Positions 8,902-21,186 of a DNA stretch of 64,000 nt are shown here, one piece after another. The stretch's first letter is position 1, and each line of letters starts with the position of its first letter. A program made the translations under genes and the position numbers. The notes beneath the pieces are model-generated. The model ran no database searches. It had not been told where the DNA came from and saw only the letters and a list, made by a program, of their open reading frames with translations. Source of the DNA: Nitrospirota bacterium (GTDB lineage: Bacteria; Nitrospirota; Thermodesulfovibrionia; Thermodesulfovibrionales; UBA9159); assembly GCA_963699545.1 (NCBI GenBank), contig CAVOUE010000003.1, forward strand, positions 64,001-128,000, in the 5' to 3' direction.

Positions 8902-11051
8902 CTATTCCTTCTTGAAACCACCCTTACCCGAGCCGCCTTCTTTCCCTTTCTGGCTCCTCTCCATGAACTCATCGATCTCTTTGTCCTTGGTATAGCCCTT
9001 ATACTTGTCGACGTAATCGGACGTCACTGAACCGGCATCCTGAACGCTCTTGATGACATGGGGCGTCAGAAGCATGATGAGTTCGGCCCGTGTGGTATTG
9101 TCAGTCGTTGTGCCGAACAGATTTCCCAAAGAGGGATCTTGCTCAGATAAGGGATTCCATCCTTTGCTTTCGTGACATCCTCCCTTATGAGCCCTGCAAT
9201 AACGATCGTCTCACCGTCCTGAGCCACAAGGTTCGTGGTGGCCTCCGTCTTGTTGATCGACGCAAAGGCCTCTCCGGCGATGTTGACGTCCGCCCCCTGA
9301 GATGAAACCTCCTGGGTGACTTCGAGAGAGATCAGCCCGCTGTCATTTATCTGCGGCTTCACTTTCAATATAATCCCTATATCTTTATACTGGATCGTAG
9401 AGGTAGTTGTATTCGTTATTGTAGTACCGCTGGATAATGGCGAGGTCGTAGAGGAAGTTGCAAGGGGGATCTGTTGCCCTACCTGAATCTTCGCCTCACG
9501 GTTATCCAACACCAGGATGTGCGGCGCCGCAAGGATCTTGGCCTTTGACTCCTGAGCAAGGGCTGTGATGACCGCCCTGATCCTGTTCTTTGAGTCGGTC
9601 CCTACGAAGGTAAACCCCTGGGCGGGCAATTTTGTCGTGTCGAGCCCCTGGGGATTGACCGCTATATCTCCTGCAAGATTGATCGGGTTTACAAAAGGCT
9701 TTATGCCCGATATATTCACATCGGTACTGAACGCCCATGAGAACCCGAAGCTCAGGTTGTCGGTGATATCCACCCTGGCAAGCAGGGCCTCGATGACCAC
9801 CTGCCTGGGCAGTACATCGATCTTCTTTATCGTCTCCTCAATGAAGGCATAATCAGCGGGCGTCGAGAGGATCACCAGAGTATTGTTGTTTTCATCGGCA
9901 AAGATGCGGGTATCGGGTGAGACGAGAAATCCGCTTCCTCCGGAAACTGTGGAACCCGTCCTGGCAGGCTGAGGGGCAGGTTGAGATGCAGCCGGAGCCG
10001 TACCTCCGGCCGCTGCCGCTGCCGGCCTTGGCGCTGCTGGCACCGGAGCTGTGGAGACTCCGCCGCCCCCTCCAAGAATGGACTGGAGTATTGACGACAC
10101 AGGGCCTGCCTTGCTGTTCTGGAGGGGATACACCATGACCTTTGGTCTCGCCTCCGCGAACATACCGTCAAATGCTCCCACCCATCTTCTGATGTACTCC
10201 ATCTGTTCTTTTGTTGAGGTAATAGCCAGCAGGGCGTTGAGACGCTGTATGGGCAGTACCTTGACGGTTCCTCCCTGCACATTGAGCCCGATGGCGTTCT
10301 CGATATCCGGCAGGGCTTCCTTAAGATTCACATTCTTGAACGCGAAGAGTTCAAGCGCCACCTTGCCGGGATCCTTGCCCACCTGGGAATATACAAGCTC
10401 CTTGGAAACCTCGGTCAAAGGAACGATCCGGTACATCCCCTTCTCTTCAACAAAGCCTATGCCGTTTATTCTCAGGATCGTTTCCATCACCGGCAGCACT
10501 TCTTCCCTGGGAATAGGCGTGACCGTCCTGAAGTTCACCTTGCCTTTGACCTTGGCGTCGATAAGATAGTTCACCTTGAGGATGTCGCCGAATACCGTCT
10601 GAACTACTTCAAAGATGTCGGCATCATCGAAGAAGAAGCTCACCGGACCGCCTCCCAGCTGCTGGCGGGGCGCCTGCTTCGCCGCCTGTCCCCTTTTGGG
10701 TCCACCAGGTGCCGTCTGCTTTAGCTCAGGCTTCCCCGGTCCTTCCGGTTTGGTTCCCGGCGGGGGTAATTTCTCTGCTGCCGGCGGCGCACCTTCAGAT
10801 GGTCCGGGAGGCATCGCCTCGGCCGGCTTGACCTCATCCGGTTTCATCTCCGGCCTTTCCAAGGGAACTCCCTCTGTCGGAGGGGGAGCCGACTGCTGAG
10901 CCTGAGCAAACAATCCTGCATCCTGGGCGGAAGGCTTCAAAACAGGCTTCACACCGGCGACCGCGTCTGTATCAAGAGAAGGAATGACACATAGTGATGC
11001 AAGGACCGAGGCCAAAAGAAATGCTGTACGCACACCGCGCAACGTCTTCAA
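8902..11051 (-). CDS. gspD: Type II secretion secretin GspD (apparent single-base deletion at ~9128)
   Basis: Signal peptide and Pro/Ala-rich linker, then N0 'FFFDDADIFEV', 'QVVIEA', 'PHILVLDNREAKIQVGQQIP' and 'GIPYLSKIP(L)LGNLFG...ELIMLLTPHVI'. AAGGAG RBS before the TTG start. Confidence 0.9.
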
Positions 11052-11112
11052 AAATATCTCCTTTAACCTGAAATTACTTAATTTCTAACATACCTTCATT
11101 AACAGAGGATTG

Positions 11113-11316
11113 TCAAGGCTGGCGGGGTACACACATTATCTGAGAATACGTGAAGCAGTAATTGGCGAATCGGAAAGCAATCCTGTGCATACCGGAGAGC
11201 GGACACTTCAAACAGACCATCAAGGTATCGGTGATCAGGAACCTCGTGAGCGACGGACTAATCAAGGGATACTTCTTGATGAATGAAGTTACTCTATGTC
11301 TCATCGCTGATGTCAT
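11113..11316 (-). CDS. Small hypothetical protein or gene remnant
   Basis: 67-aa ORF whose ATG overlaps the upstream GT4 stop (ATGA). No recognisable motif. Confidence 0.3.
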   Translation of the reverse strand: MTSAMRHRVTSFIKKYPLISPSLTRFLITDTLMVCLKCPLSGMHRIAFRFANYCFTYSQIMCVPRQP

Positions 11317-12521
11317 AACAGGGAATTATATAACCTGAAATGATCCTCGACCATTTCATCAACGGTCTTTAGCCTCTTTCGCGCCTCTGTGACCCTTTCG
11401 TTCAGAAACGTGACGACTTCGGGCTGCCGTCGTATGTCCTCGGTTATTTCGAGAAGCCTCGGCAAGGGATCTTCCACCGGTACAAGAAATCCCACCGTTT
11501 CCCTCGCAACCCTTTCCCTCAATGCACCTCCATCTGTTGCAATGACCGGAACACTGCTCGCAATTGCCTCGGACAGAGTGTAGGAAAAAGTCTCCGGCCA
11601 GTTGGAGAGGAGCAGGATAAGATCAGGGTCGGCTCCGTGTATCTTTTTCACCACATCATTTCTCGTATATCCGCCTATGACGCTAAGATTCTTATAGGAG
11701 GGCACTAAAGAAGGGTCAAAAATATTTCCTATGATGCTAAAAGTAACCTTATCTGAATTCTTATAATGTTTTATGAGTTTCAAAAAGGTCATATTTCCTT
11801 TGTAATGGAGAAAGTTCCCAAGGAAGGCCAAATGCAGTGCGCCATCTCTTTTAGCTGTCGCATGTTCCCTCTCTCCCTTCAGAAGTTCCTTGTCAATTCC
11901 CAGCTCTATAACCAGGCACTTATCTTGCGACAACCCCGCGTACAGGTTTAACAGAACATCTCTCACATAAGAGGACGGCACAATGACCCTTTCAACCAAA
12001 TGGAAAAGATAATCTATATAATTGCGCCTCTCTCTCATGAAACCTTTCTGAACCTTGTAGTCGTTTTTCGTAAGACATTCGTAGCACTTATCTTCATCCC
12101 TTTCAAACCAGCAAAAATTAGGGGCAAGCATGACACAATTTATACACCAGGAATAATATTCGTGAAGCGTTATGAAAACCTTCTTTTTCCTCTCTTTTGC
12201 TATTTCTATGAGTGACAAAGGAAGGGTCCTTATGCTTTGAAAATGAACTATATCCACATCGATGTCATTGAGAACTTTTTCAAACATGAGTTCACTGGTG
12301 GAATCCCGGAGCCTGTGGTCGTCCAGACGGCCGCCCATATACTCGACTTCTTGGATCCTATAATCCGCATATCGCCTCAGTTTCAAACAGTTCGTCTCAG
12401 GAAAGAGTACGTAGACGGGATATCTTTTCCTGACAAAGACATTCAGTATATCCAGAAGGTGGTACTCTATTCCCCCGGGATAACCGTCAGGTTTTTGGTC
12501 TATTACATAGAGTATCTTCAT
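11313..12521 (-). CDS. GT4 family glycosyltransferase
   Basis: PGGIE, TLHEYYSWC, FLGN..YKG and SNWPETFSYTLSEA..VPVIATD.GAL motifs. Confidence 0.88.
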   Translation of the reverse strand: MKILYVIDQKPDGYPGGIEYHLLDILNVFVRKRYPVYVLFPETNCLKLRRYADYRIQEVEYMGGRLDDHRLRDSTSELMFEKVLNDIDVDIVHFQSIRTLPLSLIEIAKERKKKVFITLHEYYSWCINCVMLAPNFCWFERDEDKCYECLTKNDYKVQKGFMRERRNYIDYLFHLVERVIVPSSYVRDVLLNLYAGLSQDKCLVIELGIDKELLKGEREHATAKRDGALHLAFLGNFLHYKGNMTFLKLIKHYKNSDKVTFSIIGNIFDPSLVPSYKNLSVIGGYTRNDVVKKIHGADPDLILLLSNWPETFSYTLSEAIASSVPVIATDGGALRERVARETVGFLVPVEDPLPRLLEITEDIRRQPEVVTFLNERVTEARKRLKTVDEMVEDHFRLYNSLL

Positions 12522-14634
12522 CGTTATTCTCCAGCAATCTAATCCTCAAATTGATATATCGGTGAATGGGATCGAGACTATCCCGCAGGGCCTTCTCCAC
12601 AAGATTCGTATATTCTGGATGTAGGGTCTTCAGCGTCTCTAAGTTTCTCTCGATCATCAGGTTCTTCTCTCTTAAAATCTTCGGGTCTTTAATCGATTCG
12701 AATGATACCCCCCCTACATGGTAGATATAGGTTGCGTCGTCAAGCACATGTAAGAACCCCTTTTTCAATGCCCTCATACAGAAATCTGTTTCTTCGGCAT
12801 ACCCTTTTTCAAACCGTGTTTCATCAAAATAGCCGAGTTGTTCCAGAATGTCCCGCTTTATATACATGCAAAACCCGACACCTGCAGGAACTTCAGGATA
12901 ATAGCGCAAAGAAATCTTCTCCACAAACTCTGAAAAGGCTTCCACTTCCATTCCGCCGGGGATGGTGTTGTATCGAAAGGGCTTGGGTATGCCATTGATG
13001 GTTACGTAATTTGACAGGGGAGTTGCGGTAGCAATCCGCAGTTTAGAATATGCAGCCCGCTGAAGTTTCTCCACCCAGTTTCGCGTGACAAGCGTATCCG
13101 AGTTCAGTATTACTACATCCTCCGGTGATAGTTTCATACCCTTGTTTATCGTTTTCACAAAGCCCAGATTATCAGTGTTAAAAAGCATCTCAACCTTCCT
13201 GCCATTGAGCCCTTCTTTGAACCTTTGAAGGTATGCCGTGACCCTCTCGTCAGTGCTTTTGTCGTCTATAATGACGAGTGTATGGGTGGTAAGGTCTGTG
13301 TTGCGAACTATGCTTCCAACACAATCTCTGAGACACTCATATCCATTATATACCGGCATGATGATATGCACCGGCTTCTGAGTAAAGCCGCATACTTCGG
13401 GGATATTTGGCTCTCTCCTGACATTCACCGTCTCGATTCTCTTTAGCTTTCCCTTACATTTCAAGTAACCTATCTTAAAGCGTACCTTTTGGATCTTTCT
13501 TTTTGCCCGATATGAAAGCCCTTTTACCCCTTCTTGCTGGATAACTTTGATACTTTTCAAAAGCATCTCATAAAAGATCCTTCTCTTTGATCCTACCGGG
13601 GCTGCCTTATCTTTAAAGGTTCTGTAGCGTTCTATCAATTTCCAACTAACGCTGTTTGATAGCTCTCTCAGATAATGCTGAAGACCCAATAACTCATCGA
13701 GCAACCTATCTTTTTCGTGCTCGATCTGCTGCTTTTCGGTCCTCATCACCCTATTTTCGCTCTCTATCAACTTAAGTTTTTCTACGAGTCCCTTCATTTC
13801 AGTCGAACTGGCGGATTCTTTTTGTATAAGTTCATTGATGAGCTTCATCCTCTCCGTCGTGCTATTTACGCAGTAGGTATATATCGCTGATGAGGTAATC
13901 TTGTTGATATTTTGATCTAATACCTTCTTGTAGGCCACCTGGCTGAAGTTTTCTGATAAGGCCCTCCTGTTGATTTGAGATTTATCACACCACTGGATAT
14001 AACGCGCCGTCACCATGTTGATGTGTTCAAACCAATATTGTTCAGACAATGTGATGAGGAGCTTCCAGTCTTCAAAGATTTCAAAACTCTCATCAAACCT
14101 TACTTCGTCAAATACCGATCTATCAAAGAGGAAACACATAAGGGGGATATAGTTCTGGATCAAGAGCATCTCACGCGAAAATTCCTGTGAATAGATCACA
14201 TACTTGAACCTCTCGACCATTTCATCTTCTCCCGCCAGGTCAAGAAAGACCACCTCCGCTTCTGTGTAAGCAATCCTTAACGTCGAGTTTTTGAGTTTTG
14301 CCGTGAGAATCTTAAGATGTTCCGGGTAGAATTCATCGTCGTCATCCAGAAATCCAATATATTCACCCCTCGCATGCTCCAAGCCAACATTCCCCGCATG
14401 TGCCCTGCCCGTGTTCTTTTCGAGCCTTCTGTAGTTAAGTGATACATCTCCAAGAATTCCCTTCAGTTCTTCAACGTCGAGTTCACAGCCCCCGTCGTTC
14501 ACAAGGACGACTTCGATGGGCCTGTAGGTCTGCGCTGCAATGCTCTTCAGAGCATTCTTTAGCAGTTTCGGCCGGTCTTTCGTCCTGACGATTATGGAGA
14601 CCAAAGGAGAATGTTCGCTCCGATCAACGCTCAT
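12487..14634 (-). CDS. Bi-domain GT2 / coiled-coil / GT2 glycosyltransferase (paralog 1)
   Basis: VSIIVRTKDRP..VNDGG..FLDDDDEF, then a ~70-aa coiled coil and an SWK amphipathic motif, then a second GT2 (IIMPVYN, LNSDT, GVGFC, EETDFC). Confidence 0.9.
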   Translation of the reverse strand: MSVDRSEHSPLVSIIVRTKDRPKLLKNALKSIAAQTYRPIEVVLVNDGGCELDVEELKGILGDVSLNYRRLEKNTGRAHAGNVGLEHARGEYIGFLDDDDEFYPEHLKILTAKLKNSTLRIAYTEAEVVFLDLAGEDEMVERFKYVIYSQEFSREMLLIQNYIPLMCFLFDRSVFDEVRFDESFEIFEDWKLLITLSEQYWFEHINMVTARYIQWCDKSQINRRALSENFSQVAYKKVLDQNINKITSSAIYTYCVNSTTERMKLINELIQKESASSTEMKGLVEKLKLIESENRVMRTEKQQIEHEKDRLLDELLGLQHYLRELSNSVSWKLIERYRTFKDKAAPVGSKRRIFYEMLLKSIKVIQQEGVKGLSYRAKRKIQKVRFKIGYLKCKGKLKRIETVNVRREPNIPEVCGFTQKPVHIIMPVYNGYECLRDCVGSIVRNTDLTTHTLVIIDDKSTDERVTAYLQRFKEGLNGRKVEMLFNTDNLGFVKTINKGMKLSPEDVVILNSDTLVTRNWVEKLQRAAYSKLRIATATPLSNYVTINGIPKPFRYNTIPGGMEVEAFSEFVEKISLRYYPEVPAGVGFCMYIKRDILEQLGYFDETRFEKGYAEETDFCMRALKKGFLHVLDDATYIYHVGGVSFESIKDPKILREKNLMIERNLETLKTLHPEYTNLVEKALRDSLDPIHRYINLRIRLLENNDEDTLCNRPKT

Positions 14635-14749
14635 TTGGGCATTCGCCACGTCTGAACCCCTTTGTCCTCGAACTGGAAATCGATGACCTGCCCCCCAAGC
14701 TGCTCAAGTCGCTCAGCAACCGTATGTTCTCCTGTCAAACCGGCAGTAA
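14447..14749. repeat. ~303-bp direct repeat copy 1 (orphan hddA 3' tail plus GT2 5' end)
   Basis: Near-identical to 19202-19505. 14631-14749 is a remnant of the heptose kinase C-terminus (YCRFDR...VAERLEQLGGQVIDFQFEDKGVQTWRMPK*). Confidence 0.92.
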
Positions 14750-14877
14750 GTCACTGCCTCTTTTCTCGTCAGGCCAAGGATTTCTATATATTTTTTCGCA
14801 GTATAAAGGTGGGGAGTGGACTTTCTGATTTGCAATAGTTTTTTGTGAACGCGTTACTGTAACAGTAAAGAATACGT

Positions 14878-17800
14878 TCACTTCCTCGCAAGTGCTTGCC
14901 TTTTATCATTTAGGCCGAAGTAGCTTATCAAATAATCCTTATAAGAGGAAACCTTATCTCTCGCTTCTACCGAAACGTTAAAATTATTCATTACATATTC
15001 CTGCATTCTCATCACTTCATTAAAATGCAGCTCTTTATCTTCTGATTTCGTTACACCCTTGTCATGCCTTCGATGGGAATTTAATGGGTGAGACACATAC
15101 GCAATTCTGCCCTGTCTAAGAAGCCAGACATAGAAAAACCAATCTCCGGCAATCCTGAAGTTAACTATTTCACCTGCAATGGGTGAGATATCGACCTTTT
15201 TGAATACAACGGCAGAAACGTTCGGTATGGAATTCTTGACAGCAAGCGTATCTGATATCTCATGCATGCCGTCTCGTATATAGTCTCTATACCATTTCTC
15301 CCTATCGATGTCGTTCGTATATTCACAATAGTTTCCCGCCAATATCTCTCCGTTCTCATTGATCTGTTTGGATTGACAGTATGCCAACACCACGTCCTTA
15401 TCCTTTTCGAAACAAGACAGGAGTTCTTCAAGAAACGTATTCTCGCACAAGTCGTCCGCCTCTGCAATCCAGAGGTAATCACCCCTGGCCACCTGCATAC
15501 CCATCACCCACTGTTTAAAAGCAGACCCGGAGTTCGTTTGATTCTTTATTAACTGCACATTCAGTGCTCTATCGAGATAGCCTTCGGCGGTTTTTACGCT
15601 GTCGTCGGTCGAGGCATCATCGAGTATGATGATCTCATAGAGAGGGTAAGTCTGATTGAGTACGCTCTCGATCCTTGATTTCAGATACTTCTCATAATTA
15701 TAGTTGGGGATTATCACACTGACCTTCTTAAATTCATGACCTAAGAGGGCAAGAAGTCTGTACACATAATCGGTAAAATTAAATTTTTCTTCGATCAATT
15801 TCTGAGCATGACCCTCCAGAATTTTTCTTCTTTGAGTGTCAGCCAGCAAACTGAGGATTTCTCTTGCCATCGCGGTTACATCCAGGTAGGGAACCAGTGC
15901 CCCGGTATCAGCGTTCACAATATCCTTGAAGCCTCCTGCGTCATTAAATCCTATAACAGGCAGTCCGACATCCATTGCCTCTAAGATGACTGCAGGGAAA
16001 GGGTCTTCCCTGGAAGTTGAGAGAAAGATGTCGGCACCCGCATAAAAGGAATCGACATCCTTCAGAGCACTTTGGAAAATGATATTCCTGTTGGATTTAG
16101 CTTCGCGCTCAACCATCTTTCTCATTTCACCGTGAAGATTGCCCACCCACATAAAATAAACATCATCATGCTCTCTCGTGACCATCTTTGCGACTTCAAC
16201 AAAGAGATCAACCCCTTTCCTGTGATCACCAAATCCCACCCCCAATACGATATGAGCACTTTCCGGCAGGGAAAAACGCTCCCGAAGCTCTTTTCTCGCT
16301 TCATTTTTTCTGCGCCTATACCTGTTACCCTTATATAACCCCTGCGGTAAAATCACTGTCTTTCCGTCCTCCATCTTTGTTATCTCCCTGAATCTCTCTC
16401 TCACAAAAACAGACGGAAATACTACTCTCTCTGAGCACTTGGACAAGAGCCTCGCGTTTTTCTCAAGTCTCATTTTCTTGATGATATCCGGCAATTCATG
16501 CACCAGGGTTATCGTACGTATCCCTTTTTCGTAGAAGAGTTCGGCGAGGTCCCCGCTTGCCACCGTATTACAAATCGCCTCTCGAATACCTGTGTTGTAG
16601 AGATAGTCCACGAGTTCTTCTCTTTCTTTCAGGGTCGCATAATCTCTCTCCAAATTATATACAGGCCCGTACTTTGCGTACTCAGGCTCTAATTCTCCTC
16701 CTGATTTCAACAAGAAATGCACCTCGTAATTGAATTTGATTTTTAGGACCTTCAATATGCTCAGAGAAAGAAGTTGAGCGCCGTGAAAGTGTGCATCATG
16801 ACAAACATAAAGAATTCTCTTCCGCTTCTCTTCGCCGCTGTATTCGATAAGAGCATCCGCAACAGCCTGAAGGTATGCGTACCCATATCTCCTGTCCGGT
16901 TCCAGGTATGCTCCCTCGGCCCATTCGTTCCAGGCATTGATAAAAATTATTCGTTCGTCTGGCTCGAAATTTGTCCGCGTGAAACGGCAAAGAATCTTAA
17001 GCCACTGCTTAAAGATGTCGGGGGTGGAATTCATCAGGACCGTGCCTCTTCCCGGCTTTCTCGCTTCGTTGTCCCAGCTCGGACATATTCCTCGAAACTT
17101 CTTGTACGGGGGTTTAATGTAATTCTTGCTAAACTCGACGGCATTCCTGTAATCCAATAAGACCCCATTAAAGTTCGGATTGGTGATCTTGAACTGATCT
17201 GCAATATCGCTCAGAGGAAAGGTATTCGGCGGGAAGTCTATGACGGCATCAAAGCCGATACCCTCGGGGTCTACGTGCTCGAAAGAATGGGTCGCCATCA
17301 GGTAGATTTCACCAACTCCATTCTTGAGACACCATTCTCTCCATCGCGCAACTGTTTCTTTTGGAGTCGGCAACAAGGCGGGTCTGTAGACAATCAACAG
17401 GGGCCTCGAGTTTATCCTTATGTAATGCTTATTCTTCAAATACACCGAGACGTACTTGATAAATTCGATATCGTCCTCGGGTGAGTGCTTCTGAGCCATC
17501 AAGATCTCGTTCTCTTTGCCATCCCATCTTCTGGTCCAATTCTCATTGGCCCAGTTCAGACAAAAGGGAAAGTCAAAGTTTTCCACGTATTCCTTCAAGG
17601 GCCTTTCAAGCAAGGTTCTCCCGTTGAACCAATAGAAATGAAAACAGAAACCGTAAATACCATACTGTTTCGCCAACTCAACCTGCCGTTTCTGCACTTC
17701 GGGAACCCGTAAATCGTAAAAACCAAGCTCTCCGGGCAGACGCGGTTGATAATGCCCGATGAACTGCGGAACTGCCCTCGCAACATTCGTCCACTCAGTG

Positions 17801-19390
17801 AATCCCTTACCCCACCACTCATCATTTTCCGGGATTGGATGAAACTGCGGAAGATAAAAAGCGATAAGCTTAATGTCGGTCTCCGGTATCGCCGGATATG
17901 CAAGGGGAACATGATCTTCAATTTTATTCGTGTTCATTTCAAACAAAAAGCTGAAATAATCCTTGCTCTCCAGCTTTGCATGAAGGCCAGGCTTGGCTTG
18001 TTTCCTTATAGGGGCCTTCCTGTACGTGACCTCATCAGAGAGTTTTTGTTCTATTTTCTTCCCCAGGGTCAGCGGGTCACTTGTTTTCAGATAATAGAGG
18101 AATTTATTGAAATTTGTCCTTGTAAGGTTTATGAAAACCTCTTTTGGGTTTGCCGTCATTATACGAAGCAATCTCGCAAAGAGTCCTCTCTTTGTTCCCA
18201 CAGGCAACAGCCGCCCTCTCACCCTCACCCACCGATTCGGGAGACTCGGCATGTGACCTGACTGAGAAGACTGGTGAGTTGTTTCCCTCTCCTTCGAATC
18301 ATTTTCAGGCATCGCTGTCCGCTGGTCTCTTTCTCTCACTGAGGACCTGATGTTGTCGTTCTTCTTATTCGGATCCTTCGGGAATCCGCGAGAGTTCTCA
18401 GCGGCAAGAAATAACCGCCCAACAAACCGTCTTCTTCTCGAACTAAGAGGAAGCAGCTTATCCCTTATCCTGTAATAGGCCGATAACGCCTTCCATCCCC
18501 GAGACTGATAGATATCATTTAATACTGCTTCCTTTTCTGCCAAGGCTGCTTCTCTTTCTGCAAGGAGGTCCTCAATGACTTTTATATACAGCCCTTTGTA
18601 CTTATCGGCAAGATGAGAATTATAACTGAGAATCCGTTTTGCGGAAACCTTATTGATATGCTTGGATATCACCTTCATGTAGGCCTGCTCGAGGAAATCG
18701 TGATTCTTATTGCCTTGTGCTATTTGAAGCTCAGCGTCCCACTGATTATAGTTCGCTGTCGTTTGCTTTATGTGATCGAACGCGTGTTTTTCCCCAATCC
18801 GTATGAGAAGGTCCCAGTCTTCATAAATGTCAAGATCGCTGTCAAATCCACCGGAGTTAATCAAGACGTCCCTGTCGAATAACAGACACATAAAGGGAAT
18901 GTAATTTTCGAAAATCAGGTGGTCGTAATTAAAATCCTGAGAAAACACCATTTCTTTCTTAATGTCTACCAATTCTCCTGTTGCCGCATTATGTTCTTTA
19001 TAGGCCATAAAAGAATCGGTATAGGCCACCTTATAATTGCCCTCTTTCAGGAATGAAACGAGAATGGGAACATGCCCGGGATAAAACTCATCATCGTCAT
19101 CCAGGAATCCTATGAATTCACCCCGTGCATTCTCTATTCCCACATTCCCGGCACGGGCCCTCCCTCTGTTCTCTTCAAGTCTCGTATAATTAAGAACCCT
19201 GTCTCCAAGAATTCCTTTCAGTCCTTCGACGTCGAGTTCACAGCCCCCGTCGTTCACAAGGACGACTTCGATGGGCCTGTAGGTCTGCGCTGCAATGCTC
19301 TTTAAAGCATTTCTTAACAGTTTCGGCCTGTCTTTCGTCCTGACGATTATGGAGAACCAAAGGAGAATGTTCGCTCCGATCGACGCTCAT
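14878..19390 (-). CDS. Giant multidomain glycosyltransferase: GT2 / short coiled coil / WbsX-like (GH99-like) domain / GT4 / GT2 (paralog 2; +1 frameshift at ~19355)
   Basis: N-terminus is restored by comparison with paralog 1. Contains IAFYLPQFHPIPENDEWWGKGFTEW...INAWNEWAEG, GT4 'SREDPFPAVILEAM' and C-terminal GT2 'VSVIIPNYN...IAEADD'. Confidence 0.9.
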
Positions 19391-19505
19391 TTGGGCATTC
19401 GCCACGTCTGAACCCCTTGTTCCTCAAACTGGAAATCGATGATCTGCCCCCCAAGCTGCTCAAGCCGCTCAGCAACCTTATGTTCTCCTGTCAAACCGGC
19501 AGTAA
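19202..19505. repeat. ~304-bp direct repeat copy 2 (genuine hddA-GT junction)
   Basis: Matches 14447-14749. Confidence 0.92.
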
Positions 19506-20401
19506 ATCATCATGAATCCTCCACCGCCTGCCCCGGAAATCTTGCCGCCTATGGCTCCCGCCTTCCTCGCTTCTTCATACATCTCGTCAATGACCGGACT
19601 GCTGATCTTATCGCTCATCTTCTTCTTCTGTTCCCATCCAAAGTTCATGAGCTCACCAAACTCATTCAGCTTACCCGTGAGAAGCGCCTTCTTCATATCT
19701 ATTGCGTTTTGCTTTAACAGGTCCATTGCTTCTATGGTGTCCTTCCTGCCTGAGACGAAGTTCTTCACCTGCGAATCGATTATCCTGGCTGAAAGTCTCG
19801 TGCCGCCGGTATAGCATAACAGCATATTGGACTGAAGCTCGTTTGTTATGTGGAGTTTGATCCTCAGGGGATTGATGATGACCTGCTCTCCTTCAAACTC
19901 CATAAAGTTGAAGCCGCCGAAGGCGGCGGCATATTGGTCCTGCTTCCCCCCTTTTATCCCGATATCCTTGCGCTCTATTTCATAGGCGAGGTGGGCAATA
20001 TCGTAATCCCCCAGAGGAATCTGATGCCATTCTTTAAAGGCACCGATCAGTGAGACGACCATGGTGGATGAGGAACCGAGACCGGAGCCTGCAGGAGCGT
20101 CACTGCGAGTATATAATTCAAAGCCATCGTGGCTCCTCTTAAATCTCTCTATGACCCCTTTTGCCAAATCCATCTCGCCGTCGAATACAAGCTTTTGATC
20201 GACCTTATAATTCGCAACGATATCGTAATCGAGGGAGGTAATGTTTATCTTGTTATCTCTTCTCGGAACCAATGTCGCATAGGCATATTTATTGATTGTA
20301 GCGTTCAGCACCGCGCCTCCCCTGCTATCGGAATAGGGTGAGACATCGGTCCCTCCTCCTGCAAACCCGAGGCGTAAGGGTGCCTTTGAACGGATGATCA
20401 T
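19387..20401 (-). CDS. hddA: D-glycero-alpha-D-manno-heptose-7-phosphate kinase (GHMP kinase; +1 frameshift at ~19483)
   Basis: APLRLGFAGGGTD, PAGSGLGSSS, GGKQDQYAAAFGG and GGKISGAGGGG. The corrected C-terminus ends GVQTWRMPK* and overlaps the next ATG. Confidence 0.88.
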
Positions 20402-21120
20402 AACGGCCTCCTCAGAGGTATCTCCCTTTGTGCTTTTTCATAATCCTCCGGAATCCCTATATCAATGAAATATCCTTTTACCGGAAATCCGTAAAGCCCC
20501 TTGCCGACAAGGAACGGAACTATCTCCTTTTCAAGGGAACACACCTCGTTCGCAGGAATGTAATCAAAAACGTCCCTCCTGAAGATATAGGTTCCCCCGT
20601 TGATATATCCGGCACTTCCCTCACCCGTTTTCTCGATAAAAGCTGCAATCTCATTGCCCCTGTCAACGATGATGTTGCCATATCTGCCCGTCCCTTCCTT
20701 GCACGCCAGCGCTATTGTCGCTATAGCTCCATGGGCTCTATGGAAATGAAGCATTTCCCTCAGCTCCACTTCAAAATACGTATCTCCGTTGATAACAAAA
20801 AAGTCATCGGATTCTATAAGCGATTCTGCAAGCTTGACAGCCCCTCCGGTTCCCAGAAGGTCCCTCTCGATGGTATACTTTATCCTCAGTCCCAGCGATG
20901 ATCCGTCCCCGAGATATTCTCTGATCGCATCCGATCCGTAGCCTAGAGATATAATAACATCTCCAAACCCTTGATGGGAAATAAATTTCAAGAGATATTC
21001 GAGAAAGGGCTTGTTCCCGATCGGCGCAAGAGGTTTTGGCAGGGCACCGAGGGTCTCCCTCAGCCTTGTGCCAAGCCCACCTGCAAGAATGAGTACTTTC
21101 ATTGTTCCCGGGCTATTCAT
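20398..21120 (-). CDS. hddC: Nucleotidyltransferase, probable heptose-1-phosphate guanylyltransferase
   Basis: LAGGLGTRL..PKP, LGTGGA, NGDTY and FIDIGIPEDY motifs; coupled to hddA. Confidence 0.8.
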   Translation of the reverse strand: MNSPGTMKVLILAGGLGTRLRETLGALPKPLAPIGNKPFLEYLLKFISHQGFGDVIISLGYGSDAIREYLGDGSSLGLRIKYTIERDLLGTGGAVKLAESLIESDDFFVINGDTYFEVELREMLHFHRAHGAIATIALACKEGTGRYGNIIVDRGNEIAAFIEKTGEGSAGYINGGTYIFRRDVFDYIPANEVCSLEKEIVPFLVGKGLYGFPVKGYFIDIGIPEDYEKAQREIPLRRPL

Positions 21121-21186
21121 AAGAAATATCCATGAGAAGCAATTACAGAAAGGCTTCTCTATAATTCACTCTATGTTCTCCTTTTA

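Noticed and set aside
572-19505. DGR template/variable repeat pairs
   Set aside because: No reverse transcriptase in the window, and mismatches between the copies are not restricted to adenines on either strand.
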